Positions 37,144-52,100 are shown, counted from the first letter of the stretch. The stretch is DNA of 64,000 nt from Mizuhopecten yessoensis (GCF_002113885.1 NW_018408645.1:752107-816106); one strand, 5' to 3'. A program made the numbers and translations. Notes: generated from the sequence alone by a model not told the origin.

Positions 37144-40100
37144 ATGACAAAAAGACGGATGTCAAACTACACGTTAAAGTCGGGGATCGTTCAGTTCGAG
37201 GACATGGACAGTAGCGGGGTCAGTTCCTGGAGTAGGAGAAGTCGGGACATTGGAAGTGATGGGAATAGCACGATGGAAACCTACCTGGACCTTAACCAGA
37301 GTGATGTGTTGGGACAGAATTACCAAACACATCCCGGAATAAACAACTGGATTCTGTCAAAACCTCCAAAAGAACCACCTGTGGATTACGATCTAAAGGT
37401 AAGACAGTCATTCCCTCCCACCACCAAAAAGAACCATTTTTATGAAAGTTTTTTCATTGATGATAATTTGAATGTTTCACATTGATAATACAATAAACTG
37501 TTTGTATATATTTAAAATTTCAGTACAATTAACCATATAAAAAGTTTAGGTTACGAATGCAATAAAACCATATAAAGTTTTAGGTTACAAATACGATAAA
37601 CCATATAAAAGTTTTAGGTTACAAATACGATAAATCATATAAAAGTTTTGAGTTACAAATACGATAAACCATATAAAAGTTTAAGGTTACAAATACGATA
37701 AACCATATACAAGTTTTAGGTTACAAATACGATAAACCATATAAAAGTTTTGGGTTACAAATACGATAAACCATTTAAAAGTTTTAGGTTACAAATACGA
37801 TAAACCATATAAATGTTTTAGGTTACAAATACGATAAACCATATAAAAGTTTTAGGTTACAAAAATGATAAACCACTTGATTGTTTAACGTTGCTAATGC
37901 AACAACCTGTTTGTACATCTTACATTTTCAATTCAAAAATATGTATTTTTTACATTGAAAATGCAAAAAGTACATCAAACCCTCTATATATCAACCATAT
38001 CAACGTTTCATAATACAATCAACCATATCAACGTTTCATAATACAATCAACCATTTGAATATTTTACATTTCAATTCAATAAACGCATATCAAAGTTTTA
38101 TATCGTTATCACGATATATCACATAGTTACATAGTTAATACGATAATCCCGAGCAAATATAAAGCCGGAGAATTATCGCGGATAACATCTTGTTTAGCGT
38201 TCACCTGTGACATCATTTTTTCTGTAACTTTCAAAGTGTGTCAACAATCCTTGTGTTACTTTCACATAATGTCAAATTCTTGTGTAATTTTCACCTGTGT
38301 CAACATTTCTTGTGAAATTTTGACCTTTTTCTCATGAATTCCTTTGTAACTTTCTAATGTGTCGTCAATTCTTGAGTACATTACAAAGTGCCGCATCAAT
38401 TCTTGTGTACCTTTAAACTGTGTCATCAATTCCTGTGTACCTTTCTTAATTAACCAAGTCCAAATAACAATTATAAAAGATATTTAACAAGTTTGCTGGT
38501 TCACAGAAGATACTAGTAGTAAGCATTTTTATTGAAGTATTAATCTTCAAAATCTCGAAGCTTTGGGTCTGACCTGTTTAGCTATCCCTACCCCCTGGAA
38601 CCATTCTCTTTACACCTACCCATGCTCCAAGACTGTTTTGCATAACCGATCCCTAGGCCAAGACTGTTTTACAACCCGTACCCCGGGCCATCCCTATCCT
38701 GGTGCCCCGGTCGTTAAATTCACTACCTTACCCCTTTGTCCAGACTGTTTTACACCCCGTACCCCGGGCCATCCCTATCCTGGTGCCCCGGTCATTAAAT
38801 TCGCTACCTTACCCCTTTGTCCAGACTGTTTTACACCCCGTACCCGGATCATCCCTATCCTGGTGCCCCGGTCGTCAAATTCACTACCTTACCCCTTTGT
38901 CCAGACTGTTTTACAACCCGTACCCCGGGCCATCCCTATCCTGGTGCCCCGGTCGTTAAATTCACTACCTTATCCCTGGGTCAAGACTGTTTTACCCCCT
39001 ACCTCGGGCCCGGATCGTTTAACAGTACCTATCCTGGTGCCCCGGTCGTTTTTCACTACCTTACCAGGGGGTTTAGCCTGGTTTGATTTCCCTGCCCCTG
39101 GGACCAGACTGTTTTTTACTACCTACCCCTTACAGTTACTCTGTAAACTAACTAACCCGGTATCGTGTAACCTTACATTGCGGTGTAAACATATGTTAGA
39201 CAGTTTAAAAGGCTGAAGAGACGTTCCGATATATATACTAAATGGATTTCGGGTACTCACCCTTTTCGTACGAGTGATTCAGTGATGGCGGCAATCATTT
39301 TAAAGAAAAATCTAATGAAAACATGACTCACATTAGATATTAGTATATATATAAAGTTCCCTTTACGTAAGCAATGCTGATGTTGTTAGACGCCAAGCAC
39401 CCAATCTATAATCATTAAATGTTAGTGATTCAACCATAACACCCAAATACTGATATAAATGCTCCTATTCCTATAATTGAATGTTCTAAATAAATGTATA
39501 AATAAGCAAATATTTCTACTGTTATCACTATGGTAATATCAAACTTGACTGTGATGTATGTTTTTGCTTTGTATACCTTTCACGATCATGGGAAAATACG
39601 GTATGCCGGCGACTGGTTTCTAAAATCACTTGAATTTTGGGAGAGATTTATTAACGCTGGAATTTGGGGTGAGATACGACATCGATTTTGAAATATATAT
39701 AGAGGTCGCGGTTCCTTAACTTCTTATTTACCATATAGAGGTCGTGGGTCATATAACTTCGTATTTACCATATAGAGGTCGCGGTTCCTTACTTCGTATT
39801 TAACATATAGAGGTCGGTGTTTCTTACATTGTATTTAATATATAGAGGTCGAGGTTACATACATTGTATTTAATATAAAGAGGTCGAAGTTACATACATT
39901 GTATTTAATAGAAAGAGGTCGAGGTTACATACATTGTATTTAATGTATAGAGGCCGTGGTTCCTAACTTCATTTCTTACTTTTACTGGTCGTGGTTCCTT
40001 ACTTCGTATTTAACATATAGAGGTCGAGGTTACATACATTGTATTTAATGTATAGAGGCCGTGGTTCCTAATCTCTTTTTAACTTATACTGGTCGTGGTT

Positions 40101-43100
40101 CCCTACTTAGTGTTTAACATATAGAGGTCGAGGTTTCTTACATTGTATTTAATATATCGAAGTCGAGGTTACATAGATCGTATTTAACATATGGAGGTCG
40201 AAGTTACATACATTGTATTTAATGTATAGAGGCCGTTGTTCCTTACTTCGTATTTAACATATAGAGGTCGGGGTTTCTTACTTCGTATTTAACATATAGA
40301 TGTCGTTGTTCCTTATTTCGTATTTAACATATAGATGTCGTGGTTCCTTATTTCGTATTTAACATATAGATGTCGTGGTTCCTTATTTCGTATTTAACAT
40401 ATAGATGTCGTGGTTCCTTATTTCGTATTTAACATATAGATGTCGTGGTTCCTTATTTCGTATTTAACATATAGATGTCGTGGTTCCTTATTTCGTATTT
40501 AACATATAGATGTCGTGGTTCCTTATTTCGTATTTAACATATAGATGTCGTGGTTCCTTATTTCGTATTTAACATATAGATGTCGTGGTTCCTTATTTCG
40601 TATTTAACATATAGATGTCGTGGTTCCTTATTTCGTATTTAACATATAGATGTCGTGGTTCCTTATTTCGTATTTAACATATAGATGTCGTGGTTCCTTA
40701 TTTCGTATTTAACATATAGAGGTCTTGGTTCCCTACGTCGTATTTACCATATTAGAGGTCGGGGTTCCTTACTTCGTATTTAACATATAGAGGTCGTGGT
40801 TTCTTACCTCGTATTTTACATATATAGGTCGTGGTTCCTTACTTCGTATTTAACACTTATAGGTCGTGGTTCCTAACTTCATTTCTATCTTGTACTGGTC
40901 TTGGTTCCTAACCTCGTATTTACCATATTGATGTCGTGGTTCCTAACTTCATTTCTAACTTCTAATATTCGTCGTTCTTTACTTCGTATTTAAAGTACAG
41001 ATAGTATGCTTCTTTACTTCATATTTGGACATATTAATGTCTTTATCATTTCGTTTTTTTAGTGACTAAGTTACGTTATATTGATTCTTTCTTATTGGAC
41101 CATGAATATCCGAGGTTTCGTTCTGACATTGAGCTGACCTTAGATATATGCTATTTTTTCATCTTTGTTATTTAAACACCATTTAAAGCTAGTTAACTTC
41201 TCTTTCTTCAGTGTTAACACATACAAGCCTCAACTGGTGATCGATGTAATATCTCACAGGTGATTCTCGGTTTTTTTATTTCTGATTTTGTATTTGTTTT
41301 ACAGATACTGGCGTGCTTGTGTATTGACGATGTGGTACATTTGTTTCTGTTTAATTCAGCCACAATCCTTTACAGCTTATGACAATAACTTCTTTTGACA
41401 TTAGCTTCGTTGTCAGTATATATCACTGACTGTCTCTAGTAACACATGGGACCTGTTCGTGTATGCGGAAAACCCGGTTCGTCTGTTTTTAAATGTATTT
41501 TTTTAGTAAAAATCCTGGCGGACCTGCAAAAGTTTATGCAGGCCTTGCAAGCGTCTGTCAAGGCTTGCCTGAAAACAGCAACTGATTGCCTGGTCCGACC
41601 TAATTTTATGAACGAACAACTCTGGTCCAACTAGTTCAGTCGCGATAAATGAAAGCGGCCCAGAGCCCATATTCATGAAATCATTCTCATGCTCAAGCAT
41701 GGATTCGAGCTCAAACCATCTTTCTTGCAATTTGTTTAAATCATGTACATTTTAATACACATTTGATTTTATGATACACGAAAAGATTATGTTAAATCAA
41801 TGTTTTTGTTGTTTGTATGATATACACAATTAAAAAAATAGTATCTTAAATATTATGCATTTTTTCAAAAAGAAAGAAAAAGTATCTCCGACTAGTTTCG
41901 CGCAAATACAAACATGCTTAATTTCCATAAACGTTAGTTAATTATTTTAAGTACATTGATTGTCTCCAAAGTTCTTCCAAAACATTGATAAAATGTTATG
42001 GTTTATTATTCATTATTGGAACAAGAAATGTGGCTTGATCCCAGACTAAGTTTGAGTATGAGAACGGGTCTCATGAATACGGGCACTGATGTTTACATAC
42101 ACGCTTGACAAAACACAACTTCAGCTTTATGGTCGTTAAGAAACGCAGAATGTTGACTTATCTCTCTTATATTTTTATATTTTAAAGGAGGAATGAAGCG
42201 TGGCCTGTGTATCACTGTAAACAGTTGTTGTATTTTACTAGCGTCAATGATTTGCTTGTAATATGTCAAAAAGGAAACCCCATCAGTAAAAACTAAATGA
42301 AAACCAAATGAAAATCGTTAAAAATACAGAAATGCTCAAGTCTATTACTGGTAATGACAACACTAAATTTTATGTTAATCACATTATTGCTGTGATAAAG
42401 CTGGAAATCACATTTTTTGATGTGATAACTGATATTCACGTTTGATCAAACAAATGAGTTTTTGAAATTGTCAAAACAACAGTTAATATATATATAATTT
42501 ACTTTTATTGTCTGAGTAAATGCTAAAAATCGCTCTTCTCTACACACAAACGTGTATTAGATACCCGAATATCAGTACACTCAAAGTGACTCACGTTTGT
42601 GGTTAAGCAGTTTTGCATTTGCGCGGAACTAGTCGAAACATTTGTATTAACATACTATTTTAATTGCGTTTTTATCATACAAACAATCTACATCAAAAAC
42701 ATTGATTTAACGTAATTATTTTGATTGTTTTCACAAGCGTGTATCATTAAATCAGTTTGATATACATTGCACTGAATAATAATATCATAATCCATATCTT
42801 GAGTTATAAGTATTAGATAGCTAATAAAATGGGTATTACCAAATCTGCATTCAAGGTCCGGACACATTATACCGCACTGTCTCCACGTAAGGGCAACGTC
42901 TGCTCTCAAAGTAGGTACCGTCATAGGCACTGTGTCAGGTATTTAAACTTGTAAAATATGAAATAGTAGTCCCTAACCTACAGCTTCCCTATTCTACAGC
43001 TTCCCTACCCTACAGCTTCCCTACTCTACAGCTTCCCTACCCTACAGCTTCCCTACTCTACAGCTTCCCTACCCTACCCTACAGCTTCCCTACTCTACAG

Positions 43101-46100
43101 CTTCCCTACAGCTTCCCTACTTTACAGCTTCCCTACCCTACCTTACAGCTTCCCTACAGCTTCCCTACTCTACAGCTTCCCTACCCTACAGCTTCCCTAC
43201 AGCTTCCCTTCCCTACAGCTTCCATACAGCTTCCCTACCCTACAGCTTCCCTACTCTACAGCTTCCCTACTCTACAGCTTCCCTACAGCTTCCCTACCCT
43301 ACAGCTTCCTTACTCTACAGCTTCCCTACCCTACAGCTTCCCTACTCTACAGCTTCCCTACTCTACAGCTTCCCTACCCTACCTTACAGCTTCCCTACTC
43401 TACAGCTTCCCTACAGCTTCCCTACTCTACAGCTTCCCTACCCTACAGTTTCCCTACTCTACAATATTGAATATAGAAGGGAAGGGAAGACTATTTCATA
43501 TTTTTGCATGTTTACACACCTGAATAGTGTCTGTGTAGCTGGGTCTTCCCTACCACCCTAGTTACAACTGTGTCAATATAGCAGAGTCTTCCCTAACCTA
43601 GTTACAACAGTGTCAATATAGCAGGGTCTTCCCTACCCAAGCTACAACAGTGTCAATATAGCAGGGTCTTCTTTACCCTAGCTACAACAGTGTCAATATT
43701 GCAGAGTCTTCCCTACCCTAGCTACAACTGTGTCAGTATAGCAGGGTCTTCCCTACCCAAGCTACAACAGTGTCAATATAGCAGGGTCTTCCCTACCACC
43801 CAAGCTAAAACTGTGTCAGTATAACAGGGTCTTCCCTACCCTAGCTACAACAGTGTCAATATTGCAGGGTCTTCCCTACCCTAACTACAATTGTGTCAGT
43901 ATAGCAGGGTCTCCCCTACCCTAGCTACAACAGTGTCAATATTGCAGGGTCTTCCCTACCCTAGCTACAACTGTGTCAGTATAGCAGGGTCTTCCCTACC
44001 CAAGCTACAACAGTGTCAATATAGCAGGGTACACCATAACTTAGTTACAACTGGGTCAGTACAACAGGGTCTTCCCTACCCTAGCTACAACAGTGTCAAT
44101 ATAGCAGGGTCTTCCCTACTCTAGCTACAACAGTGTCAATATAGAAGGATCTTCCCTAAGGTAGCTACAACAGTGTCAATATAGCAGGGTCTTCCCTAAG
44201 GTAGCTACAACAGTGTCAATATAGCAGGGTCTTCCATAAGCTAGCTACACCTGTGTCTGTGTAGCAAGGTCTTCCCTACCATAGCTACAACTGTGTTAAT
44301 ATAGCAGGGTCTTCCCTACCCTAGCTACAACAGTGTCAATATAGAAGGGTCTTCCCTAAGGTAGCTACAACAGTGTCAATATAGCAGGGTCTTCCCTAAG
44401 GTAGCTACAACAGTGTCAATATAGCAGGGTCTTCCCTAACCTAGCTACAACTGTGTCAATATAGCAGAGTCTTCCCTAACCTAGCTACAACAGTGTCAAT
44501 ATAGCAGGGTCTTTATCCCCTAGCTACAACAGTGTCAATATAGCAGGGTCTTCCTTACCCTACCTACAACAGTGTCAATATAGCAGGGTCTTCCCTAACC
44601 TAGCTACAACTGTGTCAATATAACAGAGTCTTCCCTAACCTAGCTACAACTGTGTCAGTATAGCAGGGTCTTCCCTACCCTAGTTACAACTGGGTCAGTA
44701 CAACAGGGTCTTCCCTACCCTAGCTATATCTCTGCCAATATAGCACAGTAAGGAACACAATCACATATTTTTAGCTCACTAGGTCCGAAGGACCAATGTG
44801 AGCTTATGCCGTCATCGTCCGTCGTCCGCCGTCAACTTTTTATTTAAAACACCAGAGAGGATTTCAACCAAATTTAGTCCGAGGCACCAATAGGGATGCG
44901 CAATCATTTCTTAAATAAATGAGGTTGGTTTGACCCCTGAGGCCAGGGGGCGGGGCCCTGAAGGGGAACTAAGCTTTTTTGCTTCAAAACGCATCTCCTC
45001 CTAAACACCAAAGAGGATTTCAATCAAATTTATTCTAAAGCATCACTAGGAGAGGGCAATCGTTTCTTAAATAAATGAGGTTGGTTCGACCCCTGAGGCC
45101 AGGGGGGCGGGGCCCTGAAGGGGAACTTAGCTAAATTTGCTTTAAATCGCATCTCCTCCCAAACGCCAGAGAGGATTTCAACCAAATTTAGTCTGAAGCA
45201 TCACTAGGGGAGGACAATCATTTCTTAAATAAATAAGGTTGGTTCGACCACTGAGGCCAGGGGGCGGGGCCCTGAAGGGGAACTTAGCTAAATTTGCTTT
45301 AAATCGCATCTCCTCCCAAACGCCAGAGAGGATTTCAACCAAATTTAGTCTGAAGCATCACTAGGGGAGGACAATCATTTCTTAAATAAATAAGGTTGGT
45401 TCGACCACTGAGGCCAGGGGGCGGGGCCCTGAANGTCATTTCCAAGACCGGGCCCCAAAGAGGAAAATTATCTAATATTTTGCTTTCAGACGCTAGTATC
45501 CCCTAATTGCCTAAGTGGATTGTACAAAATTTGGTCAAAAACATTATTGAGGAAGAACAAACATTTCTTAATTGAACGAGGTTGATCTGACCCCTGCGGT
45601 CCTAAAAAATGGTACAGCTAGGTTATCATATTCTATGGTGTAGTTTTCATAAATTGTTAAAAATTGGTTTCTAGGTTTATAAAAGGTTACAGTTGAATGA
45701 AAATTGAAGTATTTTCTAATCACACCCTGTAATATGACATATTACTTATTTCAAAATCTGTTAACATGGCAACTCAATGGAGGCCTCTGATTAGTTGAAA
45801 GTCAGATATTGTGGTCCCAGTTGGGTTAGAACATAGATCTTGTCTGGTTTTGAGGAAATTTCATATAAAGATGTACTAATGCATTCAGTTGTAATGACTT
45901 AAATATAAAACCAGGTGTGCGATACAAGTCCAATGGACCTCTTGTTCACATTTACATACCAGATGTAGGTGCCTCTGGCACATCAGTATACCGCATTGTC
46001 AACATGTAAGGACAAAACCCCAAAATACCTGCTAAAACCGCTAACGTTACTTCCCCGAACAGCACTATAGCAGACATCACATACATATCTTTACAAATCC

Positions 46101-49100
46101 TGGAGAGAGAGGTTTTCGGTGTTCGAATGCTATTGTTTGAAATTTATTGAAGTTGACTTTCGTTCACAATTTCGTTTGATTGTTCAAAAAAATACAAAAA
46201 AAACCAAAGTGGATTGGCCACGCAGTAAATTGACCAATCCTCTGTCATTGTTTTACACTGACAGAGGCTGACGACTGTTTGTCAGGGTTTTATTTTAAAA
46301 GTTGACGGTTTGATGTCTCTTGTGCAGGTAAAAGGCTACTGGTCCTTAAATGAAAGGCTAACAGTTAGAGTTATTCTTTGTCATTTTATAGGTACGACCT
46401 GCAGCGTCAAATGATACCAAGAAATCTGCAATGGAATTACTTTCTGGGTTTGCAGAAAGGACATCCATGGTAGGAGTGGCGTATATTCATACGTCCGTGC
46501 TTCATATGGCTAAGTTAATATGGACAGTGCTGCTTCTAGCTGCCGTTGGTGCTATGCTATTCCATCTCGTGTTCCTCTGCCAACAATACTATTCGTGGCC
46601 AAAACAGACCAAGATTACCATACAGTTCAGCAACCTTCCACCGCCCGCCATCACCATTTGTAACGCGAATCCAATCAGAAAGTCTCAGCTATCTCTCGCG
46701 TCTAAAAGTCTCAAGAATCTTATCAGTAGTACCCATCCAAACAAATACAAAAAGGAGTGTGTGGACATAATATCAGGTGCTAGTGATGACGTAACAGCTT
46801 CATCAGTAGGTGGTGTAGGAGGAGGTAGTGGTATGGGAACCGTTAATGGCAGTTCTGGAAGTGGTGGTAATGGAGGTACCGGCGGGTCTGTTACAAACGG
46901 AAGTAGTATTGGAGGAAGAGGAAAGGGCAAAGGTACCGGAAGTGTTACTGGTGATGGATCAGGAGTTGTTACAACAGCCAGTAGTACTGGAGGTAGCGGA
47001 GGAAGTGCTGGAGATGTGGCAGGAGTTAGTACTACCGGAAGTGATGATGGCTTAGGAGGTACTAGCACCGGAAATAGTATAGGAGGTCAAAGAGGTAATG
47101 GTGGAAAAGGAAAAGGAGGAGATGGATCAGGTGGTGGGAATACCGGAAATATCACTGAAACTAGTGGAGGACGTGGTGGTACTGGAGGAAGTACTGATGA
47201 CAGGGCAGATGGCAGTACAACAGTAGTAAGTACTGTTGTTAGCGGAGGAAGTGGTGGTAGTGGAGGTGGTGATGGTGGAACAGTAGGTGGTACTACTGTA
47301 AGTAGTACCGGAGGTAGAGGAGGAGGACGTGGCGGTGGAGGAAGTACAGGAGGTGATGCCGGAAGTGGCACGACCGGAAGTAGCACAGGAGGTAATGGAG
47401 GAAGCGGTGTTTCTGGAGGTAATTTAGGTGGTGGAACAACCGGAAATAGTAACGGTGGTAAAGGAGGTGGTGGAACCGGAAGTGATGGTACCGGGACTGC
47501 TTCTAGAAATGGCAGCAGAAGTGGTGGTAACGGCGGTGGTGGTGGTGGTACTGATCCTGGTACTGGAGATACCGGAGACATGACAGGAAGTGCTGTACGT
47601 AGACTTTTAATATATTCCAATATACATATGTTCATATCACAATTATAGGGACCAAATTGGCCTACTACCCCGTTTAAAACACTTGACACTCTTTAGTTGT
47701 TCCGAGGACTTTCAAACCCTTACAAACAAAATCCCAATTGATTTATAACTAACCAACATTTCCACGTACAAAAAAGGAAGTTCTCGTTTTTATTTTTGAT
47801 CTATTTTGTTTTCATCAGATACATTTTTGATGATACCGAGATCCAAAATATATTATTGATTTTTAATGTTGAACATTTATATTTTCATTTCCTTTTTATT
47901 TTCTAACCTGTTAAAACTTTGAAAAAATATTATATCCAATAGATTATTAATTGCTTTACAAGCATAAAAGGTGTACATTGTATCTATCTAACGTCCTTTC
48001 AGGCAAGGACACGAAGGTTTGTGGAAGACCTAACGGCTTTAAACCTTACTGACAGAAACGAGAACCCTATCGCTGACGACGATGACCCACTCGCAGCCCT
48101 CATGACCACTTTCAAGCATCTTTACATGAGCGAATCCAGGTTTGCCTTATTTATATGTATTCATGTTTTTAAGACCGACGTCGCCCATATGAAAAAAACA
48201 AAAAGAAGATGACTAGCACTATTCTTATAACACAGGCAAGTGTGTATATTTAGGCCAGACCAGTCATCCATACCGAAAATACATGTGTAACAGGAAAAGG
48301 CATAGATTGATAGTTTTCAGATATTGACATACTTGGCATCCACTATAAATTCTGAGGACATGGACAATTTTAAATCGACGAGTTGATGATACTTGAAGTT
48401 GAATAGACAAGACACATGTCTTCGACTTCCGGTGATTCCTGTTGAATTACAGATTAAGAATGATGTTGAGATACTTACAACATGAAACATTCTGGTCTAG
48501 TTAAAAGTCCTCCGGATTGTTAAATATAATAAGAAATGACAAAAGCGTTTCTTAGTACCCTCTTGTACTGGAAATTTAACTTTCCCTGATGATCCTCTAC
48601 TAGGACGTAAGAATTGTACCTGCTGCCCCCAATTGCATGATCGTACGAGGCGACTAAATTTGTGACCTTATCTCTATTTCCTTTCTAAACAACTTTCTTC
48701 TTCCTAATGTCTCCCTCGACAATACGTTCGCCCCTGTGAGGAAGGCTTTGGGCTCTGTCCCCTGGCCAAGACATACCAAAGTCTTTAAAAATGGTAGTCT
48801 CTACTCCTGCTTAACGCTCAGCAAATTAGGAGTGGGGCGGCTGGTTCGCCCGTTGTCGGTATAATGTGACCGGGTGGGGCGTCCTGCTGGGGGTCTTCAG
48901 CAGTATGTTTCAGTGAGGTAGCACTATAAAGTCGGCATCAGTTCCGCGCTATCACAAGGAGACAAACACGGACATATCACAGCCTCACAAAATACACACA
49001 CATACACTACACGCATGCATCTTGCACACAGGGGAGGCCGTCCTTAAATGACCTTAGCTGTTGATAGGACGTTAAACAAAACAAAACAAAATTAGGGAAC

Positions 49101-52100
49101 TTCTAAGAAACTCTTTTGTCATTTCTTTAATATCTGACCATCACAAAGACTTGGAATACGTAATAACGACAGTGCAGGTAAAGGATTTTGTCTTTCATGG
49201 CAATTCGCCCAATTTTTAAAAAACAGAACATGTGTGTATATATATATATATTGTTATTCTAAGCCAATATTTATGTCAACATTTTGAAAGCTTCGTAAAA
49301 CTTCATTAAAAAAAAAAAAAAAAAAAAATTGAGATCGATTTCTCTTTGTGTTGCTATCACCTTGATTTCTTTTGTCTTATTGTATTACGTTTGAGCTTCA
49401 ATGCTGTCTGTTGGCGATACAGTTCGGTTAGGTTTTCCTTCATCTCCGTTCTATTTTACAGAGATATCAGGTATAAAATGGGACATCAACTTCAGTCCAT
49501 GTTACTCCAGTGCTCGATCAACGGCAGAAAATGTTCTAGTAGGTAAGATTCAGGTCCAGTTAATTTCTTCATAAATTTTCAAAATAAATCCCCTTTCTTC
49601 GAGGATTAAACTCATAGAACAATAATCGATATACATATTAATATCAACTTTATTTCATTCCACATTAAGCTGCATGACACCACATAACATACACAGTACA
49701 GAGGATATATATATTTATTGGTTTTATTTGTAATTTACACCATGACAATTACCTGAATAAAGAATCACTAAATACTAGTATCTAATATAGCATAAACAAC
49801 TTTTGTAATATTGATACCTGTATTACCCAAACCTTTTAAAGTATTTAAAACTTGTCAACAACCTTGTTTTTTTTACTATTGATAACTCTATAAACTAAAC
49901 ATTACAATGTATATAACAATATCAATATAACTATATGATTTAAAAATAGATAAATTCTTTTAAGATATTGAAACCTGTAGCAACAAAACATTTTTTTTAA
50001 TAATGATACCTTAATACGATAATTAAAAAGGATTAAATGTCCATGTGAAGGATATAACGACCGACTAAAAAATGCTGCTTTCACCCTTCACAGGGCTCTT
50101 CAGCCAAACATTTTAAAACAATTGATAACGTTATCGACCAAATATCTTTATGACCAAATTTTTTAAAATATTGATATCTATATAACCTAAATCTTAAATA
50201 TATTGACATCTGTATAACTCACATCCTTAATGATATTGATATCTGTATAACATTAATCCTTAATGATATTGATATTTGTATAACCCAAATCTTTAATAAT
50301 ATTGATATCTGTATATACTAAATATTTGATGATATTGATATCTTATATAACCTTAATCCTTAATGATATTGATATTTGTATAACCCAAATCTTTAATAAT
50401 ATTGATATCTGTATATACTAAATATTTGATGATATTGATATTTGTATAACCTTAATATTTAATGATATTGATATCTGTATAACCTAAATATCTAATGATA
50501 TTGATATCTGTTTAACATTAATCCCTTATGATATTGATATCTGTATAACCTAAATATTTAATGATATTAATATATGTATAACCTTAATCCTTAATGATAT
50601 TGATATCTGTATAACCTTAATCCTTAATGATATTGATATCTGTATAACCTAAATATTTAATGATATTGGTATCTGTATAACCTAAATATTTAATGATATT
50701 GATATCTGTATAACCTTAATCCTTAATGATATTGATATCTGTATAACCTAAATCCTTAATGATATCGATATCTGTATAACCCACATCCTTAATGATATTG
50801 ATATCTGTATAACCTTATTTTTTAATAATATTGAAATCTGTATAACCCACATCCTTAATTATCTTGATATCTGTATAACCTAAATTTATGATTATATGAA
50901 TATCTGTATAACCCAAATCTTTAATGATATTGATATCTGTATAACCTAAATCTTTAATGATATTGATTTCTGTATAACCTAAATCTTTAATGATATGGAT
51001 ATCTGTATAACCTAAATTTTTGATGATATTTGATATCTGTATAACCCACATCCTTAATGATATTGATATCTGTATAACCCAATTCTTCAATAATATTGAT
51101 ATCTGTATAAACTAAATCCTTAATCATATTGATATCTGTATAACCCAAATCTTTAATCATATTGATATTTGTATAATCTAAATCTTTAATCATATTGATA
51201 TTTGTATAACCTAAATCTTAAATAATATTGATTTCTGTATAACCTATTTTTTTAATGATATTGACATCTGTATAACCCACATCCTTAATGATGTTGATAT
51301 CTGTATAACCTTACTCCTTAATGATATTGATATCTGTATAACCCACATCCTTAATGATGTTGATATCTGTATAACCTTTCTCCGTAATGATATTGATATC
51401 TGTATAATCTAAATCCTTAATGATATTGATATCGATATAACCTAAATCCTTAATGATCTTGATATCTATATAACCTAAATCCTTAATGATCTTGATATCT
51501 ATATAACCTAAATCCTTAATGATCTTGATATCTATATAACCTAAATCTTTAATGATATTGATATCTATATAAACTAAATCCTTAATGATATTGATATCTG
51601 TTTAACCTAAATCCTTAATGATATTAATATCTGTATAACCCACATCCCTAATGATATTGATATCTGTAAATTCTAAATCCTTAATGATATTGATATCTGT
51701 ATAACCCACATCCTTAATGATATTGATATCTGTATAACCTACATCCTTAATGATATTGATATCTGTATAACCTAAAACCTTAATGATATTGATATCTGTA
51801 TAACCTAAATCCTTAATGATATTAATATCTGTATAACCCACATCCTTAATGATATTGATATCTGTAAATTCTAAACCCTTAATGATATTGATATCTGTAT
51901 AACCCACATCCTTAATGATATTGATATCTGTATAACACACATCCTTAATGATATTGATATCTGTATAACTCAAATTTTTAATGATATTGATATCTATATA
52001 ACCTAAATCCTCAATGATATTGATATCTGTATAACCTAAATCCTTAGTGATATTGATATCTATCTAACCCACATCCTTTATGTTATTGATATCTGTATAA

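Noticed and set aside
38563-39216. 217-aa ORF with 27-aa repeats
   Set aside because: Arises from the 81-bp tandem repeat; the frame switches at an 80-bp copy and no motif is conserved.
46685-47689. Pro-rich antisense ORFs (127 and 200 aa)
   Set aside because: Mirror of the GGN-rich codons on the plus strand.
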